A program made the position numbers and the translations under genes. 64,000 nucleotides of DNA from the NCBI GenBank assembly GCA_023213395.1, contig CM041465.1, positions 169,639,741-169,703,740 on the forward strand. The letters run 5' to 3'. Under the pieces are notes generated by a model, which searched no databases, was not told the origin of the DNA, and worked only from the letters and a program-made list of their open reading frames with translations. This document shows, piece after piece, positions 13,091 through 26,415 of the stretch (position 1 is its first letter; each line of letters begins with the position of its first letter). The DNA is from Cycas panzhihuaensis (Eukaryota; Plantae; Cycadophyta).

Positions 13091-14432
13091 AGAGATAAAT
13101 AAAATGTATATCCTCAGATTCCCCAAAAATGATTCTATGGTTTGGCCCAAATCCCCTTAGGGTCCTATATGGTCAAAATAGGTTACATGTTCCTGATATC
13201 TTAGAAAGATATTAGTGAAGATAAGATCCTTGGGGGAATATGGAAAATGGGCTTAATCCCTAAGATAACTATATTTTGGTGGTTGTGCCTTAAGAATAAG
13301 ATTCTTACCCTTGATAACTTAAGGAAAAGGGGGTTCGTGTTGGCTAACAGATGCATTCTCTTTCACTGGGAGGGGGAGTATATGGATCACATGTCTGTAC
13401 ATTACCCCTACTCCTGGGAGGTGTAGATGAGGTTAGGGAGATCCTTTGGGGTATCCTGGGTTTGAAAGACCCTGCTATTGCCTGGGTAAGCCCTTATAGG
13501 AGTAAGACCTTGAGCTCCTTATGGTTAAAGTCCTTTCCTACAATGCTATGGAATATTTGGAAACAAAGGAAGAGGCATACCTTTCAAGATAGAAGTTTAA
13601 ATGAAGTAAAACTTTATGGGTCTATAAAGGCTAGTTTAAAGGAGTCCCTTAAGGAAAAGGAGGAAGGCTTTATTCCACACGAGGAATGAAAGATTTTGGC
13701 AAGCTAGGGTATAGAGAACCTCAAGCATAGGGTTGATACGAAGAGGCAAGTAGTTTAGTCCCCCACATAGGAAGACTGGGTTAAAGTTAATTTTGATGGT
13801 GCATCTAAAGGAAATCCTAGAGAGGCAGGGGGAGGTGGGCTTTGTAGAGAAAATAGAGGTACAATTCTCTAGGGCTTTGCAAAATATTATAGCTCTAAGA
13901 CAAACCATAAGGCAGAGCTTGAAGTGATGATAAGAGATATTGATTTGGTCGGCCGTGAGGGGTATCCTAAAGTCATTCTGGAAGGGGACTCCTAAAACAT
14001 GATAAAAATATTTAAAGGAGAAGCAAAGATGGATTGGAAATATAGGGCCATGGTTAATGATGTCAAGGTGATACTTCAAAGGAGCGTAGGCATCATGATA
14101 GGTCATATCTACAGGGAAGGAAATAAGACAGTAGAGTGGCTAGCAAATTGGGGGGTACAATTCAGAAGGAACAAAATATGGAAGGATGATTTTCTAGTGG
14201 AGTTGTTGGGTCTAGTCAAGGAAGATATGGGGGGCTTTAGCAGTGATGCTATAGCAGTAAATTAGCCATTGGGCTTGTCATGGTAAGACAATAGGTTGAT
14301 AGTTTGGCATCTTATGACTAGCTAGGCCATGGGCTTATCATAGTGGATCTTTGTAGCCATTTTAGGTAGTTTGTGTAAACGGGTTGGGGTCCCCATTTAA
14401 TCCTCTCATTTATTTAGACCATACCAAAAAAA
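10941..14432 (+). mobile_element. 5'-truncated L1-type LINE (RT C-terminus, zf-RVT, RNase H-like domain, poly-A); its 5' part is duplicated at 12717
   Basis: IHLVSWERVCLPKWVGGL, FWWLCLKNKILTLDNLRKRG, VKVNFDGASKGNP, LEGDS, HIYREGNKTVEWLANWG. A-tail at 14426-14432. About 16-bp TSD GTTCTCCTCTTAACTC / ATGCTCCTTTTAACTC. Confidence 0.9.
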
Positions 14433-15595
14433 TATGCTCCTTTTAACTCTCGTAGGTATATTTTATTGTAATATTGAGATGTGTGTATGTGATGCACACT
14501 TATTCATGTAAATATCCCATTGGTGGACTTAAGGGTTCTTTTATCTCATTGGTTTGAGTATGAGGTCAATTATATTATAAGTATATATTCATTCCTAGTG
14601 CAATAATTTAGAAGGTGATTATTTTCTCATATCTTTGTTATATTACATTTTATATATCATTTTTGTTTATTTCATTTGTTATTTTATCTTTAATCCTCAT
14701 ACTTGTACCATATGTTATGTTCATATTTTTCATTAGGATTTCAAAGGTAATATTTGAATCTGTATGTTTTAATAGTACAGGTTTATTATATGGCCTCTCC
14801 CTTTAGATGCTTTGCCCTTAAAAGCATCATAATACAAAATTATATATATCCACCACCTGCCGTTAGTATGTCATAGGTAGTGGTTTGTGATGATGAGGAG
14901 ATATTGTTGTTAAGAAAAAATACACAAGTCTACATTGATGGTGAAGTGGTCCTAAAAAGAATGACTCCTTTGTCTAACTATAAGAACCGAAAAAATATGG
15001 GTCTATAGTGTAATAATATAGAAATCCATAAAAATAAGAAGCCAAATACTCTTATAACCTAAATGATGATGGAGCCAACTTGATATTTACGCCTTCAAGT
15101 AAAGAGATTTCATCATGTTAATCCAAAGTAAAATTTACCTTATCTTATTTTTCTTCTTTTTTAACTTTCTTGTGCTTAGCCTTTTCTTCTAGAAGGGTGC
15201 TTTGATTAGGAATGAGTGTTTCAATATGTTGATGAAGTATTAAAATAAAGAGGTCCCAATTTGGCCCTTAGGTATTTTGGCATCACTCTTGTGCCTACGA
15301 TTAAAGGGCATCTTCCAATTGTTAAATACCTAAGCAAAGCTTATGATATTCTGTCAAGCCAAGTTTTTCAAAGTATGTAAGTATGGATGCAAGCTAGTTA
15401 TAAAAATTTGATAAAACCTTCAAGATTAAAATAAAGTAGCTCAATCCTACTTTCTTCATCATTTGAGTGATCTTGTTCTTATAGAACTATTTTATCCTAT
15501 AATAGATCATCTTGGTTTTAGATATTTTCTTTTGTGGAAGCTTTAATAGCTAAGCACATTCTTATTTCCCTTTGAAGTTTCATTTTAAATGATGT

Positions 15596-18199
15596 TGTTT
15601 CCCAGCTACTGGGAATGGACTCGAGACACATCGACTCAGGTATGTTCAGGTATACGTTCTCACTTCTTCCTCCTCTTGTTTGAATGAGATTGTTTTAGCG
15701 TAGACTACTTGACATACGTTTCCCTGCCTGTATTGCTTCTCTGCCTGATCATAATGCATGTGCTTACAGCACACTCTCAGCCTATGATGACTCACAATGA
15801 GGGCATTCCTCAGCGAGTGTTACACCCCATATGGCGCACAGCCACCCACTCTGTCTCCACGACCTCCCAGGATGTTTCAACCGGTCATGTTTACCCTTGT
15901 TACGATATTTTGCTCGCGTTGTAGTCTCTCCCAAGTCCAATGTAATCCTTGGTTGAGACCCATTTCACTGTTTTGGCTACTTGCCCCTCACCTGGGTATT
16001 TCCCCAACTGCTCCAGCCTTAATTTATGCTTAATATTGACCCTAAAACCTTTATTTCTACTTTTTTATTTCTTTTTTTTTGTTTCCAGTCTGGTACCGCT
16101 TTAAACTTAGCGGTATCGCGATCTTTGCAGTGGTATCGCGAAGTTTACCACGGGACGACTATTTAAAATTTAAAAAAGAAGAACACGCGACAGTTTTCGC
16201 TTTTTTCGTGGAACTGCCACGTGGCACCTGTGCATTTACAGCGCCCTGACATCCCCAACGTTCACTTGTAGTGAACAGGGAATAAAGGGAGTTTTCCTCT
16301 TCATTTTGGAAGATCTTTTGTTCATTTTTATAATTTTTTGCTCAATTTATATAAAAACATACACAATCCTCACAGAAATCTGCTGCAAGGAGAAATACAC
16401 TACTGCTGGCTTACTTCCAGGGACCATTGCTGCCCCTACAGCTCACAAATAGTAGGATTTATATCTACTTGCAGGTTGCCAAGGCTTCAAAGAGGAGCAT
16501 CATCAAAATCTCTCAAAAGGCAAGCTACAAAGGCCCCAAAACTTACAGGAACAACTTCATATTTCTCTCCTTTCCAAAACCTGCCACTATAATCCACCAA
16601 AAGCTGGTGATTTCCTACTATTATTCTAGCAAACGCATGTTTGATATCTCTACTTCAAGGTACTCTTACATTCACTTGGTGATTGCTGTTATTTCTTTAT
16701 GTTTTTGAGGATAAACTCTTAGTTTATTTGCCCTCATATTGCTGTACCCAGTTAGCATTACTTTCTTGTTTCTTAGCATAATATTGCTTCTCCAAATCAT
16801 CCTAACAAACCTATTCTTAGGTGGCTGTTGCAAAGGGGTAACACAAAGAGAGTTTGAGGGAGGAAGGTGGGGTTTCGTCCCCCTTGTTGTCCTTCTCTCC
16901 AAGGGTTCCGTCCCTTATTCTCTTTCCCTTTGCCTTTAGTGCCTTCCTAGGAATTGGGTTAGGGAGTTTGGGAACTTACTTTTAGAGCCAAACCGGCGTT
17001 GGCAGCCCATTGCCACACCGGTTCTAGATTTCCATCCATCAGTTTTGGGCATTGCATAAGCCCTAGAACCTCTCCTTACTGGTTAACAGTTTGCCACTAA
17101 CCCAATTTGACAATTTGTTGTTCGTAGCATCTCGCTCTTTGGGCGTTTGCATACCTTTCAGTTGCCTTCTTCTTTCCCATTATTCGCTACCCCGTGTCCT
17201 TGTTGTGAGCTTGTTACTCTTCCCAAGACTAAGTGGAGGTTCTTTGTGGGTGAGTTAGCCATTCCGAGGCGATACTCTTCGTTTTTGGGTGTCATTTGCA
17301 GTATTTGTTGCGGGAGTTTTGTTGAATGTTCTTTTATTGCATAATAATACATAGATGCTTGGCTTAGTTTGATATCGTTTCTGCTAAGTTTAGCATATAT
17401 ACTTGACATATTTTTGTGGCCCCTCTTCCGAGAGGGAGATACTCGTCCAGTTGACTTGCAGGACCTTGCATTGGTGGAGTTACATGTAGGACGAAACCCG
17501 TTGCAGGTTAATTCTACATTTAGTGTTTTTTTGTCATTTCCAGTTATTGGTTTTTTTTTGTTTTACTTTTGCATGCATAAGGGGAGGTAAGCTTGCCCCT
17601 CGTCGGTTGCTCGCGGCAATCATTGCCGACTGGTGTTGCATGCGTGGCAAGTGGAGCAGGAGACAAAGATGCGAGTAGCACTCCATTCGGATGCCGGGTC
17701 CAAGTATTTTCCTTGTCCCTGTGTATTTTCTTTATACTGTTGTCTTTTATGCACGTGCTTGCGTAGGTACAAACATATAAGGAATTGAAATGGGAAAGGA
17801 ACATATTTTTTTTACTTTGCATTACTTGTATCTATTGGTTAGTCTAGTATACTTAGCTAATTTACTTCGTGTTAGAGTTACCTACACTTTTCTCCCTTTT
17901 CCAACCTGCACCTAGATGACACACCTTACTTGCATTCCCATCCTCGTGTTGCCTTCTCACTTCGTTGAGAAGACGCGCGTGCTAGGTTCTTTCCTCCTCT
18001 TCCCGGCCATCCGAGGGGTAGGAAGGCCTTGCTTTGTGTGGCTACCTGGAAGCAACCAGACACCTCTGTAGTTCTGAATCCATGCTCTAACACACGGACG
18101 CCCTGCGAGGTGAAGTCCTTACCGTTTAGCCTGACTTAGTTTTACACAGTCCATTCCCTTTGCTAAACGTAAGGATACCATCCCGTGGGTAGCGTTTCA
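15596..18199 (+). repeat. 5' LTR of the Tat-like element
   Basis: TGTTTCCCAG...AGCGTTTCA, aligns end to end with 27194-29799. G-box GCCACGTGGC at 16216-16225 and TATA-like TTTATATAAAA at about 16347. Confidence 0.95.
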
Positions 18200-18200
18200 C

Positions 18201-18218
18201 TAGCGACCACACTGGGGA
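18201..18218 (+). promoter_or_regulatory. Primer binding site, tRNA-Arg type
   Basis: TAGCGACCACACTGGGGA one base after the LTR; resembles the TGGCGAC..CTGGGGA Arg PBS of Tat/Ogre elements. Confidence 0.75.
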
Positions 18219-18464
18219 ACTGCCAGTAAGGGAACTAGTTTCGCTTCCCCTTTTCATTGGTGTTCTTGCCTTTAGGTAGCCTTCTTATCCTGCTTTTCAG
18301 TTGGGCAGCCCCCAACATCTTTGTTTCATACTCCTTTCACTTTCTTCTAACAACGCTCGTAAAGGCGTTGCATGTGACGTTTCTCACGTCGCTTGTGAGG
18401 TTTGTTGTCGTTGTTAGAAGACCCCTCGCCTTGTTCCCTTCCATTGTCGGATCCCGATTCGACA

Positions 18465-21400
18465 ATGGAAGATTACCCGTCTGATTGGGCTTACTATACC
18501 ATGGCCTCGAGAACTCAAGAGTTTCCCGCGTCCATTCTGGGATCCACCCACGAGGGTGATGATTCCATCTATTATCCGGGTGACCAGTTTCACCCCTCTG
18601 ACTTTCATTATTCTGCTCATGCAGCAGAAGATTCACCTCCTCATGAGACTTACCATCCTATTGGTGAATCTTATGAGGAGCGCCCTGAGGGGTCCCTGAC
18701 ATTTGAGATCCCATCGACCTCGTATGGCTACGGGGATACCCCTCCTGCCGACGTGGTTGAACAGCTCAGCGAGTACTTTCGAGCAACTCGCCATCAACCA
18801 CGTCCCAGGTGGTTTGAAGAAGCTCTGTGCGGTGTAGTTTCTTCTTCATCTGTACCTACGCCTCCTATAACACATGACTCTTCTACCCGTATGCATTTGT
18901 CCCATGCCGTGTCTACATCGGCTCCCAGGACAAGTGTTGCACCATCCATTCCTAGCCACAATCCTTCTTCTTCAGGACCCATTCACGGAATGTCCTTCCC
19001 CCAGCTTGGGGTTAGCATGCCATTTCCGAGTCAAACGAATGCGCCGCCTTCAAACGTGACACATGTGTTTCCTAGTAGGCCTCGAGGTCCTACTAATACT
19101 GTTGCTATCAACTATGTAGGACCTGCTCCTACATACGTTCAAAACTCATCTGGTGGTCTGTCCCTCTACTTACCCCCAGGTTATGCATCCCAACCTTGGG
19201 GGCAGGGTAGGGGAAACCATCTCCCTGCTTATGGGGTGGACCCGTTACACCCATATGGGGTTGCACCACCTACGGGTGGCCCATATAAGCAGAATCCGGT
19301 CCCGCACCGCTCGTTTCTGCCATCTAGCGCAACTCCTGTTGCCACGCCTTCACAAGGAAACATACCTCCCTTCCAAGATGTTTATCCGCAATCTCCTTTC
19401 CAATAAGAGGTGTTGCTCCAAGGAGAGATGGGTTTACCACCACCATCTATTCTTGTTTCTTTACCAGTCATCGATCCTTTGGCCCATGTAAGGACACGTC
19501 CTTTCATGGACTACAGATCAACGCCGCTATCCGTTAAGGTGCTAAGGACTAACCTACCGCCTCACCCTCCTAAAATTCTCAAATTCAACGGAACTTTATT
19601 GCAAGACCCAACCGAGCATGTGCATAGTTTCTCTATGGCGTGCATAGACTACTGGGCTTACAACCATATTCTAATGAAGCTATTTATGTGATCCTTGCAG
19701 GGTGACGCCCTTAAGTGGTTTCATCATCTCCCTGTTCATTCCATTGCTTTATTCTAGCAATTGGTGGACGAGTTTGCTAATTATTTTGACATAGCCTATC
19801 CATTCAAGAGTGGAATGAAAGTGATCTTGTCGCTCAAACAAGGTCATCATGAAATGAATCGTGACTTTGTGCGATGGTTTCATGATCTCCTTCACTCTAC
19901 CAAGGCCATGTTGCCTAAAGAGTTGAAGCGAGATCTCTTCGTCAATATACTTCGTCCCAAAGTGCATGTGGAGGTCCTCAAAATGGAGGCAACCACATGT
20001 GACTCCGCGATCATAAAGTGCTTGGCGTAAGAGGCTATTGAGATCCAAGCCAGACTCAAGAGGACTCTTAAGCCCTCACAACGTCATGAGGCACCTCCCC
20101 CAGCGAAGGAAACCAAACCTTTGCAACCTATCTGATCTACCTTTCATCCTATCGAGAGGACTTTAGACCCCCTCACTTCCGTTATATGCACATTCGAGCG
20201 CACGATGAAGGAGCTTAAACTCCAATCCCCTTCATCGCCAACCTCCCATAAACCAATTCAGCAAGCTTCCCGTGCAGTTCCCCCCAAAGGGGGTAACACC
20301 CAACCTTCTCAAGTAAGGAGAGTCGATCCTCCCCTTGAGAAGAGGTGGTGTTCTATCCACGGGAAATGTTTCCATGATGATTCGCATTGTCGGGCGTAAC
20401 ACCCACGTGATGGCCCACTGCGCGATTCATCCCCTAGACGGGCGTCAAGGCCTAATCTTGATTAACCTGTTCATAGAGATCCATTTCCCAAACATGGGGA
20501 ACACGATCGTAATATTCAACAGAGGAACAACCGAATCGGGATAGATCTCCCGATTCTTACCCTTCGCATGGTAGAGGGAAGGGTGCACGAGGTTCATCTT
20601 CCTCTTCGCGCTCCCCTGACCGCCGTGCTCCTTCGCCTTCGTGGTCTCGTAATAAAGGAAAAAAGGTGATCCAGATGCTTGAGACCACTCCCCTCTATGC
20701 CTTGACTCGGTCTCAAGTCGCAAAAGAGGCAACTGGCACCTCTACTTCTACATTACACCTTGATCCTCCTTCAGAAGCCGTTCCTCCGGAGATTCCTGTG
20801 CTTCCCAAGAGTATTCCCGTCCGCCCCGGTCGCTTCAACTTTAAGAGAGCCCTTACCCAACCCACCGGGTGGGGTAAGCCCTTCTTTGTAGTCGAAGAGC
20901 TTCTTACCATGGCTGCCAGGATGTCTATCATGGATGTCTTGAGAAACTGCCCCAAGCAACGAACGCTCCTCTTGGAAGCTCTAGGATCGAATGACGCACC
21001 TGTTCATGCTTTGGGCATAACCTAAAGTTACAAACCGTCATCTCCTTTGATCCCAGAGATCTTCCCCCAGCCTGTGGAAGGGAACGCTAATGGAACTTCC
21101 CTTTCATAATTACCATAGATACTCCCGATTGCACTTTGCGAAGAACCGTCGTAGACAACGGTTCTTCCATTAATACCATGCCCTTGCGCGTCATGCAAGA
21201 GCTTGGCATTTTCGCCTTGGAACCTATTCCATGACGATGTCAGGGTTACAACGGTAGTGAGAAGACTCCCCTGGGATCTGTCTCGATACCTCTTACCCTC
21301 GAGGATAAGACTGTCCTTGCCGACATCGTTGTCCTCGATGTGGACGTCGATTATAACCTCCTTCTGGGTCAACCATGGCTTGACCAAATAGGAGCCGTGT

Positions 21401-22450
21401 GTTCCACCCGTTGGGGGTAACTTAAGTTTGTCCATAACAGATAAATAAGAGTTATCTCTCACGAGCGACCACTTGCAAAACAAACTAGATCTTCTACCCA
21501 GGTGAGCCATGGCCATACAGAGGGAAACAAATGCCCTTCTGAATATGCCTCATCCTGCTCGATCGCTATCCCCGATCCCTCTTGTCATGAAGAAGATCCC
21601 ACATCTTCTTCTTCTGACCTAACTCGTTTTGCCCCCATCCGCGTCAGAAGCTATGGATACCTCACCATGTTTGATGGCGACGAGTCCCATAGTGAGGATG
21701 AGCACCTTCCTCACCTGATTTCCTTCCTTCGCGCTAGTAGGAGGCTTTCTTCTAGTTCTAGGTCTCCTGCTAGGACCCCTTTTGTTATAGAGCCCGATCA
21801 CTTTCACATGTCGCATGTCATCGTGCACGTTGGTCATCAGGCTCCTAGCTCTTCCATTCCATCACCTTCCGCAGGTGATGGTGTTAAGAGTTTCCCTCTT
21901 GCTTTTTACGAGGGATCTCTCCTTAACTCTCCCTTAGAGTCCCTTAGGGATGTTGGGCAGCTTACAGGTTGTACTGATCCTATCGCTCCCATGCCATTCC
22001 GCACCTCGTCCATTCGAAGTTAGGTCATCCATGGGGTGGACTACTTCGAGGACGACAAGGCTTTGCTGGAGCACTTAGCCGGCTCCATGCCCTGTTTACT
22101 TTCTGGTCACCATAAGCTTGGCCACCAGAAGATCCTAGCGATTGGGTCTATATTAGCTGACCCAATCCCTTCTTCTGTTTCGTCTCTTCCTGTTGATCTT
22201 GCCTCCCTCCATTTTGAGGAGGGGAATGCTATGTGCATGGAGGCAACTCAGGACATAGTCTTTGCTCCCGACAAGATCATCAAGGTAGGGGCGGAGTGTA
22301 CTCCTGATGAAGTGAGGGAATACTCCCTCCTATTCTAGGAATTCCACGATGTATTCATATGGGACTACTCCGACATGAAGGGAATTGACCCCTCCATCGT
22401 CACGCATAACCTTACGACTATTCCTGATGCTCGCTATGCTCCAAAACAAG
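18465..22450 (+). pseudogene. Tat gag-protease and truncated start of RT (stop codons, frameshifts)
   Basis: Pro/Ser-rich N-terminus; KFNG..DPTEHVHSF..MKLFM*SLQGDALKWFHHLP (retrotransposon gag); WCSIHGKCFHDDSHC zinc knuckle; VVDNGSSINTMP protease motif at about 21150; EFHDVFIWDYSDMKGIDPSIVTHNL RT start ending abruptly at about 22440. Confidence 0.88.
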
Positions 22451-22800
22451 CCTAAACTACCATTTTGAATTATTCCCATTCTTCCCAACCATGGGTAGAA
22501 TGACAATTTGAGATGCATTCTCCCTTTTCTTCTGGTTCCTCTCGTGGAACCTGTGTTCCCATTTCCTTTGGAACTTTGTCCTCATGTTTGGGCATCCCCC
22601 AATTAGGATGATGCTCTGAAACAAGCCTAAACTACCATTTTAAATTATTCCCATTTCTCCCAATCACGGGTGCAATGGCAATTTAAGATGGATTCTCGCT
22701 TTTCCTCTTGGTTCCTCCCGTGGAACCCATGTTTTTATTTCCTCTCGGGAACCTTTCGTCTTCCTACTTGGGCATCCCCTGGTTAGGACGATGCTTTGGA
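22434..22800 (+). repeat. About 175-bp tandem repeat (2 copies) in the Tat 3' region, abutting the pol deletion breakpoint
   Basis: AAACAAGCCTAAACTACCATTTT at about 22444 and 22619, with homologous downstream text. Confidence 0.85.
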
Positions 22801-23091
22801 GTACCATTACTCCTCTCTCTCTTGCTTGTTGTTTCCTTCGTATATTCTGCTATGCTCTTCCATGGACGTACATGTCACTCTATTCTCTAACCTCACACCT
22901 CTCTATCACCTCTACTTACGGTGGATATGTGTGCTCCTGTTAGACATATAGCCATACATGGAAGGAAATACATGCATCTTACAACAAAATAATTACAACA
23001 AAATATTTACAACATACAAAACAAAGTATACATGCTATCTGCCATACATGATATATACGCCATTTCATATCAAAATGGGGTTCCAATTACC

Positions 23092-23093
<2 letters not shown>

Positions 23094-23174
<81 letters not shown>
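23094..23174. repeat. (TA)n microsatellite, about 40 units
   Basis: Direct reading. Confidence 0.98.
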
Positions 23175-23179
<5 letters not shown>

Positions 23180-23299
23180 AAAATTATATGTTACATCATA
23201 CATATGGGAAGCCGGTATCCTTGCAGGGGGGTTACAATCATATGAGCCTATATATGACCCCCTAGAGGCCCATGCTTTCCCCTGTTAAAACTATGTACA

Positions 23300-25722
23300 T
23301 ATCTCCTGCGCTACTGCTGCCCTGCTCCTAGGGCACCATCTCCTGGCCTGTGTGATCCCTCTCTTGGGGACCACATCCCTCTGAGGCTCCTCCTAGGCCT
23401 CTACGAGCTACCTGCCTCGCTCCCCTCATCGTGTGGTCATCTCGAGGTCGTAGCTGCTATATGGGTGTACGTCCTGCTCCTGCTCGACCTCGACGCTACC
23501 TAGTCTATGAGCTAATCATATCTGGCCTGGATACGATCCCTCTCTCCCTCTACTCCTCAGAGACGCTCCTCTAGCACTGCTATCCAGATTGTGCTCCCCG
23601 TGTCTCTGCCTGGTCCGCCCTGATCCTCTAGAGCCTGGACCCATCTACATAGCGTGTCTCGTTTGCCCTTGGCCTTGTCGAGCTCTCGCTGCATCTGTCC
23701 CCTGAATGCAATGTATTCTTGGGACTCTACATCCCAGATGTCTCTTGCCCTCACCAATGGGGCGAATGCCTCCATGTGAGCACCTGCCGACCTAGGCGCA
23801 TCCTCTGCCTGGATGGGCGGTTGCCCCTCTATGTATACCTTAGGGAACATCTCCCTCACCATGGCCTCTACGAGCCTCCTAACCTCTACAGTACCTACCA
23901 ATGCAACATGCCGTATGTCAGTGAATATCCCACTGCATACCATGATCAAATAAAATCATACATCTATCTAGCTGTCAAATGACTAAGGAAACGGTTAGGC
24001 CTCACTTGCCATGGCCACCGGCTCCTCTGCTCACGCGACATCCTCTCCTCCTGGCTCTCTGCCAACTGCAGGTACCTCATCCTCAAGTACGTCCTCTGCC
24101 TCAGTCTCTCTCCTCTCAGGGATCGGCTTGACTCTCGCCTCTCCAGATCTCCTCACGATCCATAGCCTGTGGGCCCTAGTCACTGGCCCCTTGCTCTCCT
24201 CGTCGACCCGTGATGGGCCTGCCCCTCCTCCGGTAGTCCCAGATGGTCCTGCTGCTCCTCCTGCCGATCCTGATGGACCTGCCCCTCTCGTAGGTCATGA
24301 TGGGCTAGCCCCATCTCTTCCGTCGGCGTCGTTATCATCATCATCATCATCATTTATGGGCGCTCCTGCTCCCCCCACCTCGTCATCACTGTCCCACCTC
24401 ACGGTCCTGTATGGCTCTACTACATAGTCTGTGAGGGTGAGGAGGTCCAGTGATGTTGCCTCTACTGACCGCCAAACGTGGGCCTGATCCTCCGTCCCTC
24501 TGAGTTAAGTCTGCCATCTGTGGACCATCGGGGCCCACTCTGCTATGGGGTATGGTCCCCCCACTGGTGCCACTGCCGTAAAATGATAAAAAAACTAGCA
24601 CTGCAGCAGAGTGTTGTATGATAGTCCCCTTCTACTGGTCGTCCGAATGGTGTCTAGCTGCGCGATGAGGTTCGCTGCTACCAGGGTGGCCCAATCCATC
24701 CTCTCGCCGGCCTTGCAGTGGTGCACTGCATCTATCCAACCTCCTGGTATCTTCCTATAGTTTTGTTTCCAGGAAATCCAGAACATAACGCATAGTATAA
24801 TCAATTTCCTCACCTGAGGAATCCGTGACATTAGCATAGTCTAGAGGGGAACTCCCCTCTGCTCCCACCTATCAGCCCCTGTGAAGAACAGGGTTGCCTC
24901 TCTGTGTGCTGCCTCAGTGCTAGGTAGCGCTCCCAGTCTCACCGGCCTCCTAGTCGCTGGTACCCCCAGAATCTGCCGGATGTCTCCTAGTGTAATCGTC
25001 ACATCACCTACTTGAGGCAAGTGGAAAACATACCTCCTCCTGTCCCAATGTGATACAATGTCTACCAGCAGTCTCTGGTCTGATGCAAACTGAGGTGTCT
25101 TCAGGGCCTTGTATAGGCCACACCTCCGCAAGGTCGCCTTGTCCTCCCGGGACATCATCTCTATATAACTCAGTATTGCCATGCCGACGTTTTCCCGGTT
25201 ATCCACTGTGATAGCTGCCTGCAATCACCAAAAGTCAGTTAAGGTTAGCCTCCTAGTCATCACCTATGCTCATGGCTGTCTCTCTGCTTTTCCTGCCTAA
25301 AAGTTGGGGTCTGTTGGCCCCTCTTTTATTTTTTTCTGACTTTCTTCCTTCGTACCACGCTAAACTTAGCGGTACTGCTAAGTTTAGCATGGGTCCCGCG
25401 GCAATTGGGGGACCCTGCGGCAAAGATCGTGGCACTGCGATCTTCGCCATGGTACGAATGGTAACCCCCCTAAAAAGGGGGGTTTCTACCCAAAAAATCA
25501 TAATTTTTCTTGTGGTGGGCATGGGGCCCATCAAGACCACGGCTCCCTAATGCCCAGGTCCCTGCCTCTTTCTGGGTCCAATTTGGACTCCGAGAGGCAT
25601 CCAATCGCCCATAAGGGGCACAAAAAATGCATTAAAAACTTTAAAAAGCAATAAATTTCAAGCTTTGAAATGGCAAAGGTTTTGTGAGATCCACTCACTG
25701 GGTCTGGCCTGACCATCACCAT
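23300..25722 (-). pseudogene. Antisense spliced ORF encoding a Plant Mobile Domain (PMD) protein with acidic/Gly-rich linker and coiled-coil-like tail
   Basis: Exon 1 25722-25699 (MVMVRPDP|GTGAGT), intron to TTGCAG|25218, in phase with AAITVD..LLVDIVSHWDRRRYVFHLPQVGDVTITLGDIRQILGVP..DWATLVAANL..LLQC*FFYHF..SLDLLTLTDYVVEPY. Second probable intron at about 24005-23934 (phase unresolved). The stops I read are each one transition from a sense codon. 3' end approximate. Confidence 0.85.
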
Positions 25723-25882
25723 CTCATCTCACTGGTCTCACTGGCTCTCGCTGTACTTTGATCTGACGGTCAGATCATCCCTCGTGTGCCTCCAAAGTCT
25801 GGCGGCGCTCCGCTGCGTAAGGAATTGGCTCTAGTTTCTCATGAGAGCCGGTGAAAATGAATCTGGATTTCATTCGATTTCC

Positions 25883-25889
25883 TTATATA
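25883..25889 (-). promoter_or_regulatory. TATA box candidate for the antisense PMD gene
   Basis: Minus strand reads CCTATATAAGG, about 160 bp upstream of the ATG at 25722, in CpG-rich context. Confidence 0.55.
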
Positions 25890-26415
25890 GGCGGGGGCAC
25901 CGACGGGCACTTCTTCCGTTCTTGACCTCGCGACAGTCGTTGGGACTATCTCGTTTCCCTGATTGCCTTTACCTTCTGGCCTTGGCACCCGTTGTGCTCT
26001 ATTGACTCCCTTTTTGCCCTCTCTTGTAAGGGCATTTATGGCACCCCATTATTGCATCTTTTCTAGGGCCCTTCTGCCTCATTTTACTTGCCACTCCCGT
26101 GCATGCCCGAGTTTATACTCATTTGGCTTATTTTACCGCCTTGAGCTCGTTTTCGTAGCCCTTTTTTGCTCCTAGGGTTCCCAAAGGGAATGCTCCCTTG
26201 TCCGGGGGCATATTTTGCTTCCAAAAGCAACCTTTGGTGCCGCATGACGTCTTTTCTCTGCCCACTCTAAGATGGTGGTCAGACTGCTTACTCTCATCCT
26301 TGGGTAACCTCATTACTAGGTCTTCCTACCCTTTACGGCCACTTTTTTGCTTGCCATTTGAGTTTTTCTTTCGTTTCGTCACCATTTATTTGCTACCAGG
26401 GCTTGGTGTTCAGAC

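Larger units (their letters stand above)
8248..14774 (+). mobile_element. Internally deleted (non-autonomous) Copia-type LTR element: 5' LTR 8248-8618, long leader, gag start fused to the RNase H tail, PPT, 3' LTR interrupted by a LINE
   Basis: LTR starts TGTTAAAACATAATG and recurs at 10882 and 12658, continuing at 14434-14774. PBS at 8619. gag-like YPAPILERTTN at about 10520 and QLAD at about 10783. PPT GTGAGGGGA. Flanks ATATG and GTACA are both derivable from GTACG. Confidence 0.8.

Noticed and set aside
15709-17822. Many short ORFs repeated at 27307-28945
   Set aside because: They lie inside the two LTR copies; recurrence reflects LTR identity, and they show no recognisable domain.
22958-23265. 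ORFs with YIYIYI runs
   Set aside because: Translation of the (TA)n microsatellite.
24011-24427. Ser/Pro-rich plus-strand ORF of 138 aa
   Set aside because: Shadow frame of the antisense PMD gene's acidic/Gly-rich linker.
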